NCBI RefSeq assembly: GCF_018350175.1
Contig: NC_058368.1
Span: forward strand, 7,006,001 to 7,070,000
DNA from: Felis catus
Lineage: Eukaryota
Direction of reading: 5' to 3'
Length of the DNA: 64,000 nt
Position numbers and translations under genes: made by a program. Below, in pieces: positions 34,609 through 48,340 of the stretch (within the stretch, counting starts at the first letter, position 1; each line of letters begins with the position of its first letter). Below the pieces are notes generated by a model. It worked only from the letters and a program-made list of their open reading frames with translations. It was not told the origin of the DNA and ran no database searches.

Positions 34609-36151
34609 TGTCTGAGAACTTGCTTCTAGTAACAGCGACCGCCAGCAGATGTCACCATTCCACAAGACATGAAGCGCCCGGACCCACTGGCAAACCTGGG
34701 GATGGGGGTGGGGAGGATGCTTGGGCGACGCTGATCCTGAGCAAGGACCTTTTGGGGGTCATTCGTTTCCCGGAGTTTGTCGAAAGAAATGAGTCCACAT
34801 CTGGTCTGCTAACTTCCCGGGAGTCAGGATTCGTCGGTCAGTTAGCTTAGCAGGTTTTATTCTTATTTTCTTCTACTTTAATTTTATATTTGGATGTGCT
34901 TGCCTTTATTTTCTTTGCAATGGTCATACCGTTTTCTCTGGGGGCGGCCAGCCCTGACCGGTGCAGGGGGCTGACCTGGTTGCCGTCGGGGCTGGGACTT
35001 GCCTGGAGCCCACCCAGACGAGCTGCGTGGTCACAGGGTCCTCCCTGCCTGTAGGTCTGTAGGGCCCTCCCTGACGTCGCTGCTATCTGCGACTTGGTTA
35101 GACTCCCCTCTGCAGACAGAGGCGTCCTTGTCTCCAGTCATATGTGTTGTCTTATCCGAGGAACTGTTTCCTGTCTCTCATAGAGCTGTTCCTTCCTTGG
35201 GGCAAGTTCCCTGCAAGGGAGAGGAAGCTGGTTGCCCGGGTCAAGGCCTTGCTTAAGACCCTCATGGCTGGCAATTTGTCCGGCGTGTCTGACAACTTAT
35301 GGAACATACACGTCATGATACAATGTCCTAGGGGAGATGTAGGTTCGGGTGCTGGTGGGTACTTCCGTGGGCCAGGGGACGGAGGGCAGATCCACATGTC
35401 TGTCCCCAACAACCCATGTGTTGAACCATCTCATAAGACCACCACCACCCCCACCGGCTATGTCCTGACTTCCCTCCCCTCCCCGAACCGTAGAACTGAC
35501 ATCTGGTTCCACCTACCTGTGCTGGGAGAGGAGTCCCTGCGGGCAGCTCTCTGGGAGCTGAGGTTTCTGGGTCCCTGACTCTTCTGCCCTGTCCTGGGAG
35601 GTCAGATCTTCATTCCCCTAAGAAGCTGCACACTGGGTGGGTGGTGGGGCCATTTAACGAAGTTCACCAAAAGTCCGAGGCACCGGGCGGCCTCGCCCCA
35701 GTGACCTTGCCATTGGGCTATGAGGGGTATGCCAGGATAGGCTTCCAAGGGACGGCCCCGGCTTTCCGGTGTGTCCACCCCTGTCATCTGTAATATGGGT
35801 GATGGTAGGTCTGAGACGAACTGCTTCCCCACCTCCCCTGCAGCAATAAATGGATGTAAGAGGACACATTTCCTAGAGACATTCACTAGGTTCTGGGCCC
35901 CTTCATGAGCCTTATAATGCTTCCAGGGTTAACTTTAAACAGACATCCCCAAAGACAATCCATTGTTAGGGTCTACAGCTCTCCAAGGTAGAGCAGCGAA
36001 AGTCTAATAGACCGTCACATCTGCTTAAGATCATGGAAGCATCGACATTTAAGAATGGACCACGTTTCTTATGGCTCCTGATAGAGCGAGGTAGCTCTGA
36101 GCCTGGAGGAAAGTCATTCCTGGCTCAGTCGCCTTTAAAAAGGGTCTCTGA

Positions 36152-36366
36152 GGGGCGCCTGGGTGGCTCAGTCGGTTGAGCGGCCGACTTCAGCTCAGGT
36201 CATGATCTCACGGTTTGTGAGTTCGAGCCCCGTGTCGGGCTCAGTGCTGACATCTCAGAGCCTGGAGCCTGTTTCAGAATCTGTGTCTCCCTCTCTCTGA
36301 CCCTCCCCCGTTCATGCTCTGTCTCTCTCTGTCTCAAAAATAAATAAACGTTAAAAATTTTTAAAT
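36152..36366 (+). mobile_element. CanSINE
   Basis: Perfect TSD aaaagggtctctga. Confidence 0.96.
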
Positions 36367-39300
36367 AAAAAGGGTCTCTGAGAGGCAGAGACGTCGAGAG
36401 GGTCCTTGAAGAAAGGGGCGGGACAATGTCTGACTTCCTTTGCGGATGAATATCATTGAGGGCCCTGCCAGCAGGTGTATTCCTTGCTCTCAGCCCAGCT
36501 TGCTACATTGCTTCCATTCGTGCACATCCTAGCCCTGCACCCGGCCCCACCACACATCCGATCGGACGGATGGCTTGAGGGGACCCAAGGCTCACCCCAA
36601 GGGCGCAGACATCTTCTGGAGGAGAGAAGCTTACAGAAAGAACGTCTGTATTCCTGACTCATGGACAATACATGTCCCTAGCCAGAGAAATGGATGGAAG
36701 AGAAAAGAAGGAAGGAGGGCAGGAGGAGGGAGAGGTGAGGGAGGGACGGAGGTAGGTGGGAGGGAGGAGAGCTAATTCTTTGCCGTCTCCCAGCTTAGAA
36801 TGCTGTCCTCAGTAAGGAAGATCCTGTGCGTTTCATGTTGATTTCTACAATCTTGGAACTCACAAGGGCCCCTAGATAATCTAGGACAAGAAAGGAGACT
36901 GAATCCCTGAGGGGGGATGTGACATCTAAGGTCACCTACTTTACTTGGAAACTTACGACATAAAGTAACTTATTCGTGTTTTGTACTTTTAGCAAAAGCG
37001 TTACTTTCAGTAAAGCTGCCATTGAGATTTTTAAACCATTTGGGCCGATAGAGTTAACAGTCATGGACCTCTGTTTCTAAGGACAGGAGGGTTCTCTCAT
37101 GGTCGTTAAAATATAAGAAGTATGTTAAAAGTGTACTGGAAGCGGAAGGTCCGTTCTATTCTGTCATCCCACGTTAACGGGACCTCAGTTCACCAGATTA
37201 AGACCCGAGTCAGTCCCTGCCTGTGCCCATCCTGGCTGCCGGCCTCCGGGCACATCTCAGACCGTTCCTGCCCAGATTTACACACAAACTTAGCCATGGT
37301 TTGATCTTGGGATTTGGGGCTTCTATTCGCATGGTGTAAAATCACTTTCATTTTGCTATTACGCGTGACGTTGTTTTTTTTTGGCAAATGTCAGTTGAAC
37401 GCCCACTCCGTTCCAGGCCTGGGCTGGTCGGTGCAGCGCAGGTGCGGTCCCTGAGCTCAGGCCAGGGTTTCTGCCCTCCAAGAGCCCAGGGCAGCGAAAT
37501 CAGCCCCACACAAAAGGGACGGGGTCAGCTGAGCTGACAGCCAGGTCCCCCCGACGCCAAGTTTCTGAAATTAAACAACCCACCTCCCCGCTTGCTACCG
37601 TGGACAACGGGCTCCCTGCTCTCTGAGTCTCCATTCGCTCAGCAGGAATATGGGATCAGAGTTCCTCTGGGGTGGGGACTGACTGGGAAAATGCACGAGG
37701 CATCTAGAATACAGAAGACACTGGTCAAAGGACAACTCCTGTCTTTTCCCTAAGGGCCCTGGACTACGGGAGTAAGGGGCCGAGCCTCGAGTAAAAAAAA
37801 GCTCTGCCCTCACCCACTGTGTCACGTGTGCCCCATTCTTGGCTCCCCGAGTTCATTTCCCCCCTTGCAAAGAGAAAAAGAAGCAAGAGAGTCGAGTGGT
37901 TGAGGCTGTCTTCTTTCTGGAGTTCCACAATGTCAACCTTTTGCCCAGTCTTCATCTTCTCCTTCTGTAGGTTCCCTGTAAATTGCTAATTCTACCCTGG
38001 CCCACCCGGAGGGAGCGAATACCTCAAAACCCAGGGTGGAAATTAGAATACGAGAGGCAATTGGTGGTGGATGGGAAGGGGTTTGCATAGAACACCCACA
38101 GAGAGGACAGGGGCAGTGACCGTTCGATAGCAATGGCCGTGAGTGGTGCCCAAGGTAGACTCCACGCTGGGAATGACATGGGGACAGTGACCTGCAGACA
38201 GCAGCCTCGGCGAGCTTCCCCGGTGGGCCTATGGCCAGTGACTCTGTTGAATTAATGGAGCCAGCGGGCTGTGCCCTGGCGGTCTTGACATGCGCCTTAC
38301 ACTTACGACCTGGAGACCAAAGTCACACGCTCCACCGGCTGAGCCGGCCAGACACCCCTCTTTGGAAGTTTCTGATGTCGGGCCTGCTTCTGGAGCCGTA
38401 GAACGGGACATTCTGGACACCTTAGATCTGATGGGCTCCCTGTTAAGAATACGAGTTCTTAACCGGACAAAATCTTCTTTTCTGAAACAGGCGATTTGTT
38501 AGAGTGACGTCCTCAATTCACAGTCACCGTAATAGGACATCAAAGAGATTCAGTTGCTCCAGGTTACATCCCGTGAGGCCCCAAAGGTTGAGCTACCTCT
38601 TGCCAGTGGCCACCTCTCACGAGCGCCCCCTACCGCTTTCCTTCCGTCCCTTTTCTCGGGATATTCCGCCTAACAGTTTTGGAGGGACTGCACAAAGGGG
38701 CAGAGGTTTGGGATTAACGGTTCACTTCTCACGCGTGCCCATTTTGGGTTTTTTTTTTCCTGGCTCGCCATCGGTAGGCAGGCAGGGCCAGAGTCCCCCC
38801 GACTCGCTGCACCGGCTCCGCCACATGAACATTTGTGGGCGACTCCTCCTTCCCTCCGCAGAGGGGCTGCGGGGACCCGGGCTCCTTCAGAATGGACAGC
38901 AAATGGTGCCGCTGTCGTGTCCCGTCTCCCGAATCCGTAGGACCGGTGCCAGCGGAGGCAACGTGTCCCACTGCGGTGTTGACCCCCCCCCGGGACTTTC
39001 ATCTCTGCGCCAAGAAATCTCCCATTCCCCCCCAAACTCAAAAATCAATTGGAATGCAGCCGGCCCCGGCCCGTGGATTATTAAAGGCCCGGGGGCTGAC
39101 GACTCATATTGGCAACAACCTTTCGATAAACAGCTTGGAAGACAACGGCTAGGGTGAAAAAGAACGCACACAGCCCGGCCAATCAGAATGAACTGGAAGC
39201 ATTGATTTCACCCTCTCTCCCACCCCCACCCCCACCCCACTTTTGAAACAAATTTAAAGTATTGCACTGGGGGGTCGTTGATCATTGCCAAACTCCCCGG

Positions 39301-39679
39301 GCACCTGGTCCTGACTAGGTTTTGCCGGAATTGCGTGTAGCCTCCTTCAGTTGAAATAACTCTGCCAAGATTGCCTGAGGCCAGGGATATAAATAGCTGA
39401 GTCCTGGGGAAGGGCAGCCAAGGAAAGGAACATCTGGTAGGCGGCCTAGCTCTCCCTGATGGATCACTTCTCCGCCCCCTGGGACAGTATTAAGGTAAAC
39501 CTCAGTAGGAGCCCGGAGGTTCCCCCCCCACCCACCCCCAGAGCCCTGGAAACAGAAAGCATCCCTGCTGTGGGAAGGCAGTGAGCAGGCCTGGAGAGCC
39601 TCTCTAGCTGGAGAGACCTCAAAGTCTTTACGAAACGTCTTTCTCTTTTATTTGATCTTATGTTATTTTATTAAAAAAA

Positions 39680-39870
39680 GTAAAGTATTTATCTATTTGG
39701 AGAGAGAGAGAGCACAAGCGGCTGAGGGGTGGAGAGGAGGAGACACAGAATCCCAAGCAGGCTCCACGCCATCAACGCAGAGCCCGATGCGGGGCTCGAA
39801 CTCGCAAACTCGCGACCTGAGCCGAGATCAGGAGTCAGAGGCGTAATTGACTGCACCGCCCAGGTGCCCC
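39680..39870 (-). mobile_element. CanSINE
   Basis: Diverged full-length copy. Confidence 0.9.
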
Positions 39871-41419
39871 GAAACTTCTTACTCTTTTGAACTCTGTCCA
39901 GGGAGTGGGGAAAGGTAAGAACTGTGGGAGATATTTCAGAGGACCCCTGTTTTGTCTGTTATCCCCCTGCCTGGGCTGCTTTGCTGCCTTAAAGCATCCT
40001 TGGTCCTTCCCCTCTGCGACAGAAGCAATGACTGCTTGGTGCCATGCTCTTTTATCTTTGAATTGTCTCAAAATTTGATCTTTTCACACAGATTAATGGG
40101 CTAATTGTGCGGCACCTCTCCTCCCCCTCTTCGCTGTTGGAATGATTAATAAAACCCGCTTTGCTTATTCTTTTCCTCTTTCAGGTGTTTTTATCTCTTA
40201 TCTCACCCCATTGTCACCCTGATGCTCGGGACTGAGGACAATCTCTAAGGTCTACAGACAGATGGACATACGTTTGTTTATTCATTCAACAAACATTCAT
40301 CGAGGGCCCGCTGAATGCCAGGCATTGTGCTGCCTAAATTCCAGCCACGCCAGTCGCCCAAAGGCAACCACGGGTGAGTCTGGGTTGGTTCCCGAAGGCC
40401 CTCGAGGCGCACCTGCCTCGCCTGTGACCATGGAGATAATGACACACCTGAATTTCCAGGAGGATTAAAGCCCGTGTCGTCGCAGGGCCAACATTTGGCA
40501 AAGCTTAATAGCTTTTTGTTCCTTGTTTTCCCCTTTGGCCCAAACACAAGGGAGGCAGTTTGGACTACCGCATGATCTACGAAACCACAATTTATTAGTC
40601 AAATGAACCCTGCAGAGACACAGTCACTCTCCTATACTTATCACTGTGTAAAAAGCAAGGCCTCTGACCCTGCCCCGTATCTTTAAAAAGTTTACTTTAC
40701 TTGGGCAAACACCAGGTATCAAAGAAACAAATAAGAGAAACACAAAAGTTCAATTATTCCAGGTGGGAGTTCATTAGACTTAACCAAAGTCATCGAATGG
40801 AGTCACAAGTGTCAAGTTTTAGGATAACGTTCTGGGGGTCTTGGATCAGGGACCGGGAGGCCTGGCTCTGACCCTAGCCAGGGTCATCGCTTACCTAACT
40901 CAAGCATGTGGCTTTGGACTTAACCTCTCGGTCTTCGACCAGATTTATCTGAACAAGGAGGAGTTAGGCGCTGGGCCTTCTGGGAGCTGTTCCTCCCTTC
41001 TCCTTCCTTCTGTCCTTCTGACACGTTCCCCTGAGCACCTCCCGTGTGTCAGTCCCTGTGGTGGACTGGGGGTGGGCTGGGGGCTGAGATCATAAGGATT
41101 TTGCCCCGGCTCTGTTGGAGCCCCCAGGGCTGCAGGAAGATAGTGTCATTGTTTCTCTTCTGCATGTAGCAAACGAAGCTCCCAATATAACATAGATGTT
41201 CTGGGAGCTCAAAGTAGGAATCACTGTTAGTATTTTCCTTATCACGGATTCTAGGAAGACATCTCATCATCCACTTTCTGGTGCCGAATGGGGCTTTAAA
41301 AAATGTCTCTCAAAAAAATACATAAATAAAAATTCATCTCAAGTAACTTCTTAGTCTGATACTGTGAGAAACAGCACCACCCAACGCCCAGAGTTTAGAT
41401 TTAGGCAATAGCCTTATTC

Positions 41420-41900
41420 TTTTCAGTATTGTTATTGTGGTGAAATATACATAGCATGAAATTTACCATTTTGATCACTTAAAAAAATTTTAATTTTATT
41501 TATATGTATATTTTTGAGAGAAAGAGTACAAACGGAGGAGGGCGAGAGAGAGAGAGAGAGAGAGAGGGAGGGAGAGAGAATCCCTAGCCGGGAGCCCTAT
41601 GTGGGGCTCGAACTCACAAACTGTGAGATCACGACCTGAGCCGAAACCAAGAGTCGGACGCTTAACCGACTGAGCCACCCAGGCGCCCCGGCCGTTTTAA
41701 TCACTTTAAAGTGCACGGGACAGTCGCATGAAGTACATTACCACTGTTGTGCCGCTGTCTCCAGAACTCGCTCATCATTCCCGACTGGAACTCTGCCTCC
41801 TTGAAACTAACTTCCCACCCCCCTGTCCCCAGCCCCTGGCAATCCCCGACCTGCTCTCGGTCTCTCTGAATTTGCCTGCTCGAGGGACACACGGTATTTG
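41420..41900 (-). mobile_element. L1MB-like 3' end interrupted by CanSINE
   Basis: ttattgtggtgaaatatacatagcatgaaatttaccatttt start. Confidence 0.75.
41488..41689 (-). mobile_element. CanSINE
   Basis: Imperfect TSD ccattttgatcactt / ccgttttaatcactt. Confidence 0.93.
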
Positions 41901-43939
41901 TGCCTCGGGAGGTGGGGAGCAAGGAGGGCAGAGCTTCACTGCGGTCAGAGCCCAGGAAGGACACTCCCCGGGGAAGGAATAACCGTGCGCAGGGTGCTGG
42001 CTGCACCGACGTGATCCCGACCGAATAGTCCCACGGGAAAGCCTCGGGGAGGGACGGCTGTTCTGCCACGGTGACTCTGCTCAGGGGGTGACCTCGGCGG
42101 TCCTGGAAGAAAGGATTATGGGTAACTCTGGAGCTGGCAAATGCCCTCCTTGGTTCCTGGGCCACTATTCAAATCTTCGATCCATTCAAATCTTTACAGC
42201 TCCCTCCCTGGACCTCTCTCCTCCCAGCACACCCAGGCTTTGCTGGCCTAATGCCCGCTGGCCCGGTGACTCCCGGCCTAGGTGTCTCTTCCTCCCGAAA
42301 GCCCTTCTCCTGCGGTGGAGGCCCAGCCTCGAGCTCTCACGATGCCTCAGAGCTGTGTCTGTGAAATGTCTGCCTCTAACCTCTCCCAGGTGGTCACACC
42401 TCCCCGACGGAACATCGGCCCCTTCGGGCAGGGACCCCCCCGTCCTCACTGCTGTGTCACTGTGCCTGGCAACGGCCAACACCTGGGTCAGGGCCCAGAG
42501 AGGCAGAGTCTGAGGCGAGAGCCGCGCTGATGGAGTAAGTGCTCTCGGGGGGGGGGGGGGGGGCCTACGGGGAGGTGAGGGCGACGAGGCAGGAGAGACG
42601 TGGGCAAAAATGGGGCTTCGGTTGAAGTCCGGCCTCCGTCGGCTCCCATGACAAGTTCTGGCACATGAACCCGGCCACGAAGTCATCCTACCGGGCGCGA
42701 GGGGGCGGGGCCCTTGGATGAGTCAGTCGGCGGGGGGGGGGGGGGGGGGGAGGTGGGGGGTGCAATCTTCCAGTTATTTCCAGGTGACGCAGTTCCCTTC
42801 GGTGGAGGGCGGTTCTCCGGGGGAGGGAGCGGCCATGTGAGCAGGTGGCCGTCACTCGGGGCGCTCGGGGGGCACCCAGAAGGTCCACCGCAGAGCTGCG
42901 TGTTTGTGGAGGGAATACTTGTGGACAGCAATGTAGGAAACAGAGCCAGCTGCCTTTCACGGGCACAAACTCGGTCTGTCTCCACAGAGACCCTGGGAGG
43001 CAGGTACCAATGGTGAGACTCGTCCGGCAAAGCAAGGTGACCTACCCCAGACACACAGCTAGGGGGTGGCAGGCAGCATCAGGGCTCAGACCCAGACCTG
43101 CCTGCCTTTATCCCGGGTGACAGACACACAGAGTAGTCTGCGATGCTCTGGACCGGATGGTGCACGTTGAGACCTCTCTCTCTCTCTCAATCTCTCTGAA
43201 CAATTCTTACTGGTGTGATCTCTTCTCGCCAGCTCGCTTGCCTGAGACCCGAGCCCCTACCGACCTGCAAGGCCGCAGAGCTGATAGAAGCATTTCGACG
43301 ACACCTGGATCGAAGGCCACCTCGCCCCCAAGTGGCCTCCGCCTTCCGCCCGGCGACGCCCTCCACCGTCAACACTGGGGGCTTCAGACTGACTTCCCCT
43401 CCAGTCCTGGCCGTCGGGTCCTCGCCAGCCGCGAGCTCGCTCTCGAGGAGAGAGGACCCCTCGCATTCCTGGGCCACCGCTCTATTCCCTTACGTCAGCC
43501 CATGGAAACATCTATCTCAACACACCCTCGCCGCCTTATCTTGCTCGGGTCCCGGGCCACGGTGGTATTTGTCCAAATTAGAGTCCGTTTGCTTTGCAAA
43601 CCACACTCGAGCTCTCCTAGACACTGAGCAGCTGCTCCCTTCGCGTCCCCACCGGGGCCCTTGTTTGCACTGTGTGTTGTTGGCAAACAGACCGCCCCGA
43701 ACGAGCCACTGAAGGGTACTTCCCGGCCCCGGGACCAAAGCAGCAGGCGCACGGAAGGCTTTGCTGGCTTCTCCTTATCAGACGGCTACCTCGGTGCAGC
43801 ATTTCAAAAGCAGATACCGAGAAATCAAGCATTCACGCAAAAGCGTCCCAAAACACCTCCACACGGTGCAAAGCACAGTCATATAAGTGCAGGTGGGAGG
43901 CACCCGGCCCGTGTTCCAGAAGCCCTTCCCTCTCTTTCT

Positions 43940-44140
43940 GGGTAAAGAGTCTCCACAGCCAGGCTGCCCGTATTCGTATCCCGGGGCCCCCTGAGAGCGA
44001 CCTGATGTCTCTGCGGCTCAGTTTCCTCACCTGTAAAATGGGGCTAAGAATCTTGTCGGGAAGACTATATAAGCCAAAACGTTAAGGTGCTCAGGACAGA
44101 GTCTCGCACACGATAAATTCTCACTAGATACTTAATCTAG
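43940..44140 (+). mobile_element. MIR
   Basis: ctcagtttcctcacctgtaaaatggggctaa core. Confidence 0.8.
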
Positions 44141-45928
44141 TTGTCTTTCTGCGAGCTAAAACAACACTGAGTTATGAGGCTTTGGGTGGTGGTGGCGGTG
44201 GTGATGGGTTATTTCCAGCTTCAAGGATCCTTCCAGGCAGGAAACCGGCGGCCAGAAATGCTTGTCAGGACCTCTAGACGTAGCAGTTTGGTTGGAACAG
44301 GCCTACGCCCAGAGGCAAGACAGGACAAGACAACTGGCTGCCGGCATTCGGGTTCTGGTCTCATTTCTGTCACATTTATCCCCGTCGAGTATCCAACACG
44401 GCCCCTCTCCCAGCCCCACCGCGTCCTAGGGACCTTTCTGGTCTCTCGTCCCAGGGGACTCCTGTGCAAACGTACTGCTCTCTGGCCCAGGGAGGGTAAC
44501 GTCCGTCCGTATTTCCCACAACTCTTACGCTTGTGCAACTCCCTGGGGTTTACAAAGGTTTGCTCCCTCCTGAACCTACCAGGCGGATAGCTTGCGCTAA
44601 ACCGGCTCTCCCTGGGAGACTTCTGGGGATCTTGCCCGAGGGACAGCGGGCAATGCCTTCGACCGTTGCAAAGCTTTAATCAACAGCACGATAGAATAGA
44701 GTTCGTCGAACCAGGCCCACTAGGGTGGCGAACTCGTCCTCAGACTCGAATTGTGTGCAGTTTGGACAAGCCGTATCCTGCAGGCTCGGCCAGGCGGGCA
44801 GGCAAGGGAGGGGCTTGGAAACGCCCCAGCGAATCTTCTTTGGAAAGGAGTGGAAGGTGAGGCAGCTGTCAGCGGGCAGTAGGCTTGTCACGCCCCGGTT
44901 CTCCAGGCTGGCCCTAGACATTCTGGTGCCTGCGAGTGTCATTTCCTGGCAAAGGCGAAGACAGGGTTAGTTTCAAGCTGCGGTCGCTGACTCAATCAGC
45001 TCCTGACCCAGTGAGCAAACGGGTGCCCGGCCTCTCCAGCCACAACGGGGACTGTTCTCCCTGACTCTAGCCCAGACCCCGCTCTAGTGGAGGCAGCACC
45101 TGCCCTGAGCCTCCCGTTTGATTTGACGGCTTCCATCTGATACGTATTTATAGATGCAGCCAATCCCCGGGGGCATTATGCTCATAAGGTGCAGAAAAAA
45201 TAGTCCAGCCACAAGCCCGTCTCTATTTCTTACAGGCTCAGGAATCAGCACGCTCTTGTCCTTACTTCCTCTAGGCTTTCTGTATTCCAGCAATGACCGG
45301 GAGGGAGCACGGTGTAGCCACATCTCCCCAGGGGCTTCTTGGTACAAGCTTTTCCCGATCCTCTGCGACCTGGCCATCCCTCCACCTGCACAGTGGACCA
45401 GGCTCTACGGACGTCGGGAACCGAATCTACCTTTTATCTGGACCAGAACATCCGGATGAAACTCCTGTGTATCAACACCTCCTTCGCAGGGTCACGGTCG
45501 TGCATTCAGCAGGATCTTGTCTGGTTAAAGCGATAGGTGACTAGTTCTTTGGGGCCGAAGTGACAGTCGATGTAAGGATTTGCGTGGAATCAGCAGGTGA
45601 TGGTGACATCAACTCTTTATACTCCTGTAATTCCTCAATGAATCTGAAAATTGGTTTCTTTTCCCATATAACCTAAAGCTTTAACTGCGTGTGTGTGTGT
45701 AGGTACTGCGAACAATAAGAAATATACTGTATAAAAACAAAATATCTCATGGGCATTTCAAAAAAAAAATCCAGATCTCCTGAAGAAAAACACTAGAAAA
45801 CAGTATTTCAGTTTTGTGTCTAATTTTTATGATGGCCTAACATGGGAGAGAAGAAGTTTTGGTAAGAATAACGATAAGATTTTGATTATCAAGAACAAAA
45901 CAAAGAAGCTTTAAAAAAGGGCGCCTGG

Positions 45929-46158
45929 GGGGCGCCTGGGTGGCGCAGTTGGTTAAGTGTCCGACTTCAGCCAGGTCACGATCTCGCGGTCCGTGAGTTC
46001 GAGCCCCGCATCGGGCTCTGGGCTGATGGCTCAGAGCCTGGAGCCTGTTTCCGATTCTGTGTCTCCCTCTCTCTCTGCCCCTCCCCCGTTCATGCTCTGT
46101 CTCTCTCTGTCCCCAAAAATAAATAAACGTTGAAAAAAAAAATTAAAAAAAAAAAAAA
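45929..46158 (+). mobile_element. Young CanSINE inserted at the head of an older SINE
   Basis: Perfect TSD aaaaaagggcgcctgg. Confidence 0.96.
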
Positions 46159-46287
46159 GGGCGCCTGGGTGGCTCAGTCAGTTGGACTTCTGACTCTTGC
46201 TCTGGGGTCATGAGTTGGGCCCTGCACTGGGCTCCGCACTGGGTATGACATTAAACTTACTTAAAAAAAAAAAAAAAAAAAAAAAAA
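46159..46287 (+). mobile_element. Older short CanSINE with long poly-A
   Basis: Head plus short body, ~25 A. Confidence 0.8.
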
Positions 46288-47465
46288 GAGCTAGCCAATG
46301 CGCTCAGTGATGTAAAACAAATGTTAGCAGAAATGAAATAAAATTAGGTATGTGGAAAAGGGTTTTGCAAGCCCTAAGCTGACATGCTAGGACCAGGAGA
46401 GGGGAGCAGGAGTTGAAACAACACCACTTTCTAAGAAAAAGGAGAATCCTGAAAAATCAGCTTTCTTCTGATTTCCCAGAGGTATATGTCGGGATGGGCT
46501 GATGGGCCTTAAACGTTCCCTGACAGCTCTTACCCCGTCTCCCCACCAGATGGCTCCACTCTTCCCTTCTGTTTTAATTCCCTAGACCCCGCCTTCCCTT
46601 CCTTTCCCCTTAGATTCCCTGCCCCCTTCCCCAGTGCCTTCACACAAAAGGGTTTCTTTTGCTTGTTAACCATCCAGGCTGTGATCTAGCCATTAAGGTT
46701 TTGGGGAGCAACAGAAGAAATAAAACCCAGCCCATCAACACCAGTGTATTGAAACGGTTTCTTTCTTTGTCTCCGCATTCAGGGAGGGTGTAGGACTTAT
46801 ATTTTTGTGTATTTCCAATGTCTAACACAGTGTGGTAAGTCAGAGGCTGTCCACAAATACAGGGGACCTCAACTAAGCTGGAACCTCCAAAGAAACGTGA
46901 TCAAGGTTGCATGGAAGCAATATATTGAGAATGTATTTGCTGATGGATTTGGAAAATTTAAATATCACACAAGAGGGGGCTCAGCCATCAGGTTTCACAG
47001 CACTTTTTTTGGCATTTGTTTTTATTTTATAACTCTCTTCCTTTATCATAACACAAAGGAGTGCTTGGCAATAAGTCATGACTGCCTTAAAAATATTTAA
47101 ATCTATTTTTCACATTTTTAAATTTTGGGTATTTTACACAACATGTATTCTATATTTATTTTATATATTAATTCATTCAACGTTCTTACTAACTCTGTAA
47201 GATATGTTATTGGCCTCGTTTTTAAGAGGGAACTAAATTTCACATAAATAATAAACAACGCTGAAAACCATGAGGCAGAAGTGAATATTTATTTAGAATC
47301 AGAAAAGAAATCATAAAAATTGTAAAATAAATCATAAAAATTGTAAAATCATAGAAAATCGATACCATAAACACTTCAAAAATCCAGGAAAATAACATAA
47401 TGTTTAATGAACGAACTAGCTAATATACCTCTATAACACTTTTTCCTTTATTTAAAAAAATTGTA

Positions 47466-47664
47466 GGGGCGCCTGGGTGGCTCAGTCAGTTCAGCGTCTG
47501 ACTTCAGCTCAGGTCATGATCTCGTGGTTCATAGGTTCGAGCCCCGTGTCGGGCTGTGTGCTGACAGCTCAGAGCCTGGAGCCTGCTTCAGATTCTGTGT
47601 TTCCCTCTCTCTTTGCCTCTCCTCTGCTCTCTCTGTCTCTCAAGATAAACTTAAAAAAAAAAAA
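47466..47664 (+). mobile_element. CanSINE
   Basis: Full length. Confidence 0.95.
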
Positions 47665-48340
47665 TTGCGGTAATATATGCACAAGATAAAATTTACATTT
47701 TAACCGTAGTTAAGTGTATGATTCCGTGGCATTAAGTCCTTTCACACTGTTGGGCAACCGTCATCACCATCCATCTCCAGATACTTTGAGTCTCTGTGAA
47801 TTTACCTCCCCTAAGGACCTCCTAGACGTGGAATCGTACAGTATACTGGCCTTTTGTGATTGGCTTTTTTCAATTAGCATAACGCCTTCAGGGTCCATCT
47901 ATTCGTAGCCAGAATTCCCTTCCTTTTTAAGACTGAGGAATAGGGGCGCCTGGGTGGCTCAGTCCGTTAAGCGTCCGGCTTCAGCTCAGGTCACGATCTC
48001 GGGGTCCGTGAGTTCGAGCCCCGCGTCGGGCTCTGGGCTGATGGCTCAGAGCCTGGAGCCTGCTTCCGGTTCTGTGTCTCCCTCTCTCTCTGCTTCTCCC
48101 CCTGTTCATGCTCTATCTCTCTCTGTCTCAAAAATAAATAAACGTTAAAAAAAACATTAAAAAAAAAAAGACTGAGGAATATTCTGTTGTAGGATTGTCT
48201 ATTCATCCAGCCGTGGACATCTGGGTTGCTTCCTTTCGGCTGCTGTGAATAATGCCGTTCTGGACTTTGGTGAACAAACACCTCTTCCAATCCCTGCCTT
48301 TACTTCTTCTGGGTGTATACCCGAAAGCTGCGTTGTTGGG
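47665..48340 (-). mobile_element. L1MB-like 3' end
   Basis: gattccgtggcattaagt...ggacatctgggttgcttcc. Confidence 0.75.
47943..48168 (+). mobile_element. CanSINE inside L1
   Basis: Perfect TSD aagactgaggaata. Confidence 0.96.

Noticed and set aside
38504..39157. Longest ORF (217 aa)
   Set aside because: No recognisable domain, non-ATG start, S/P/R/G-rich composition typical of chance ORFs in GC-rich DNA.
43157..43712. Overlapping 156/165-aa ORFs as a possible exon
   Set aside because: Several frames open on both strands; no family resemblance; no supported exon chain.
42000..43800. CpG island or gene promoter
   Set aside because: CpG-enriched, but much of the window is too; I cannot compute observed/expected, and no downstream gene structure is evident.
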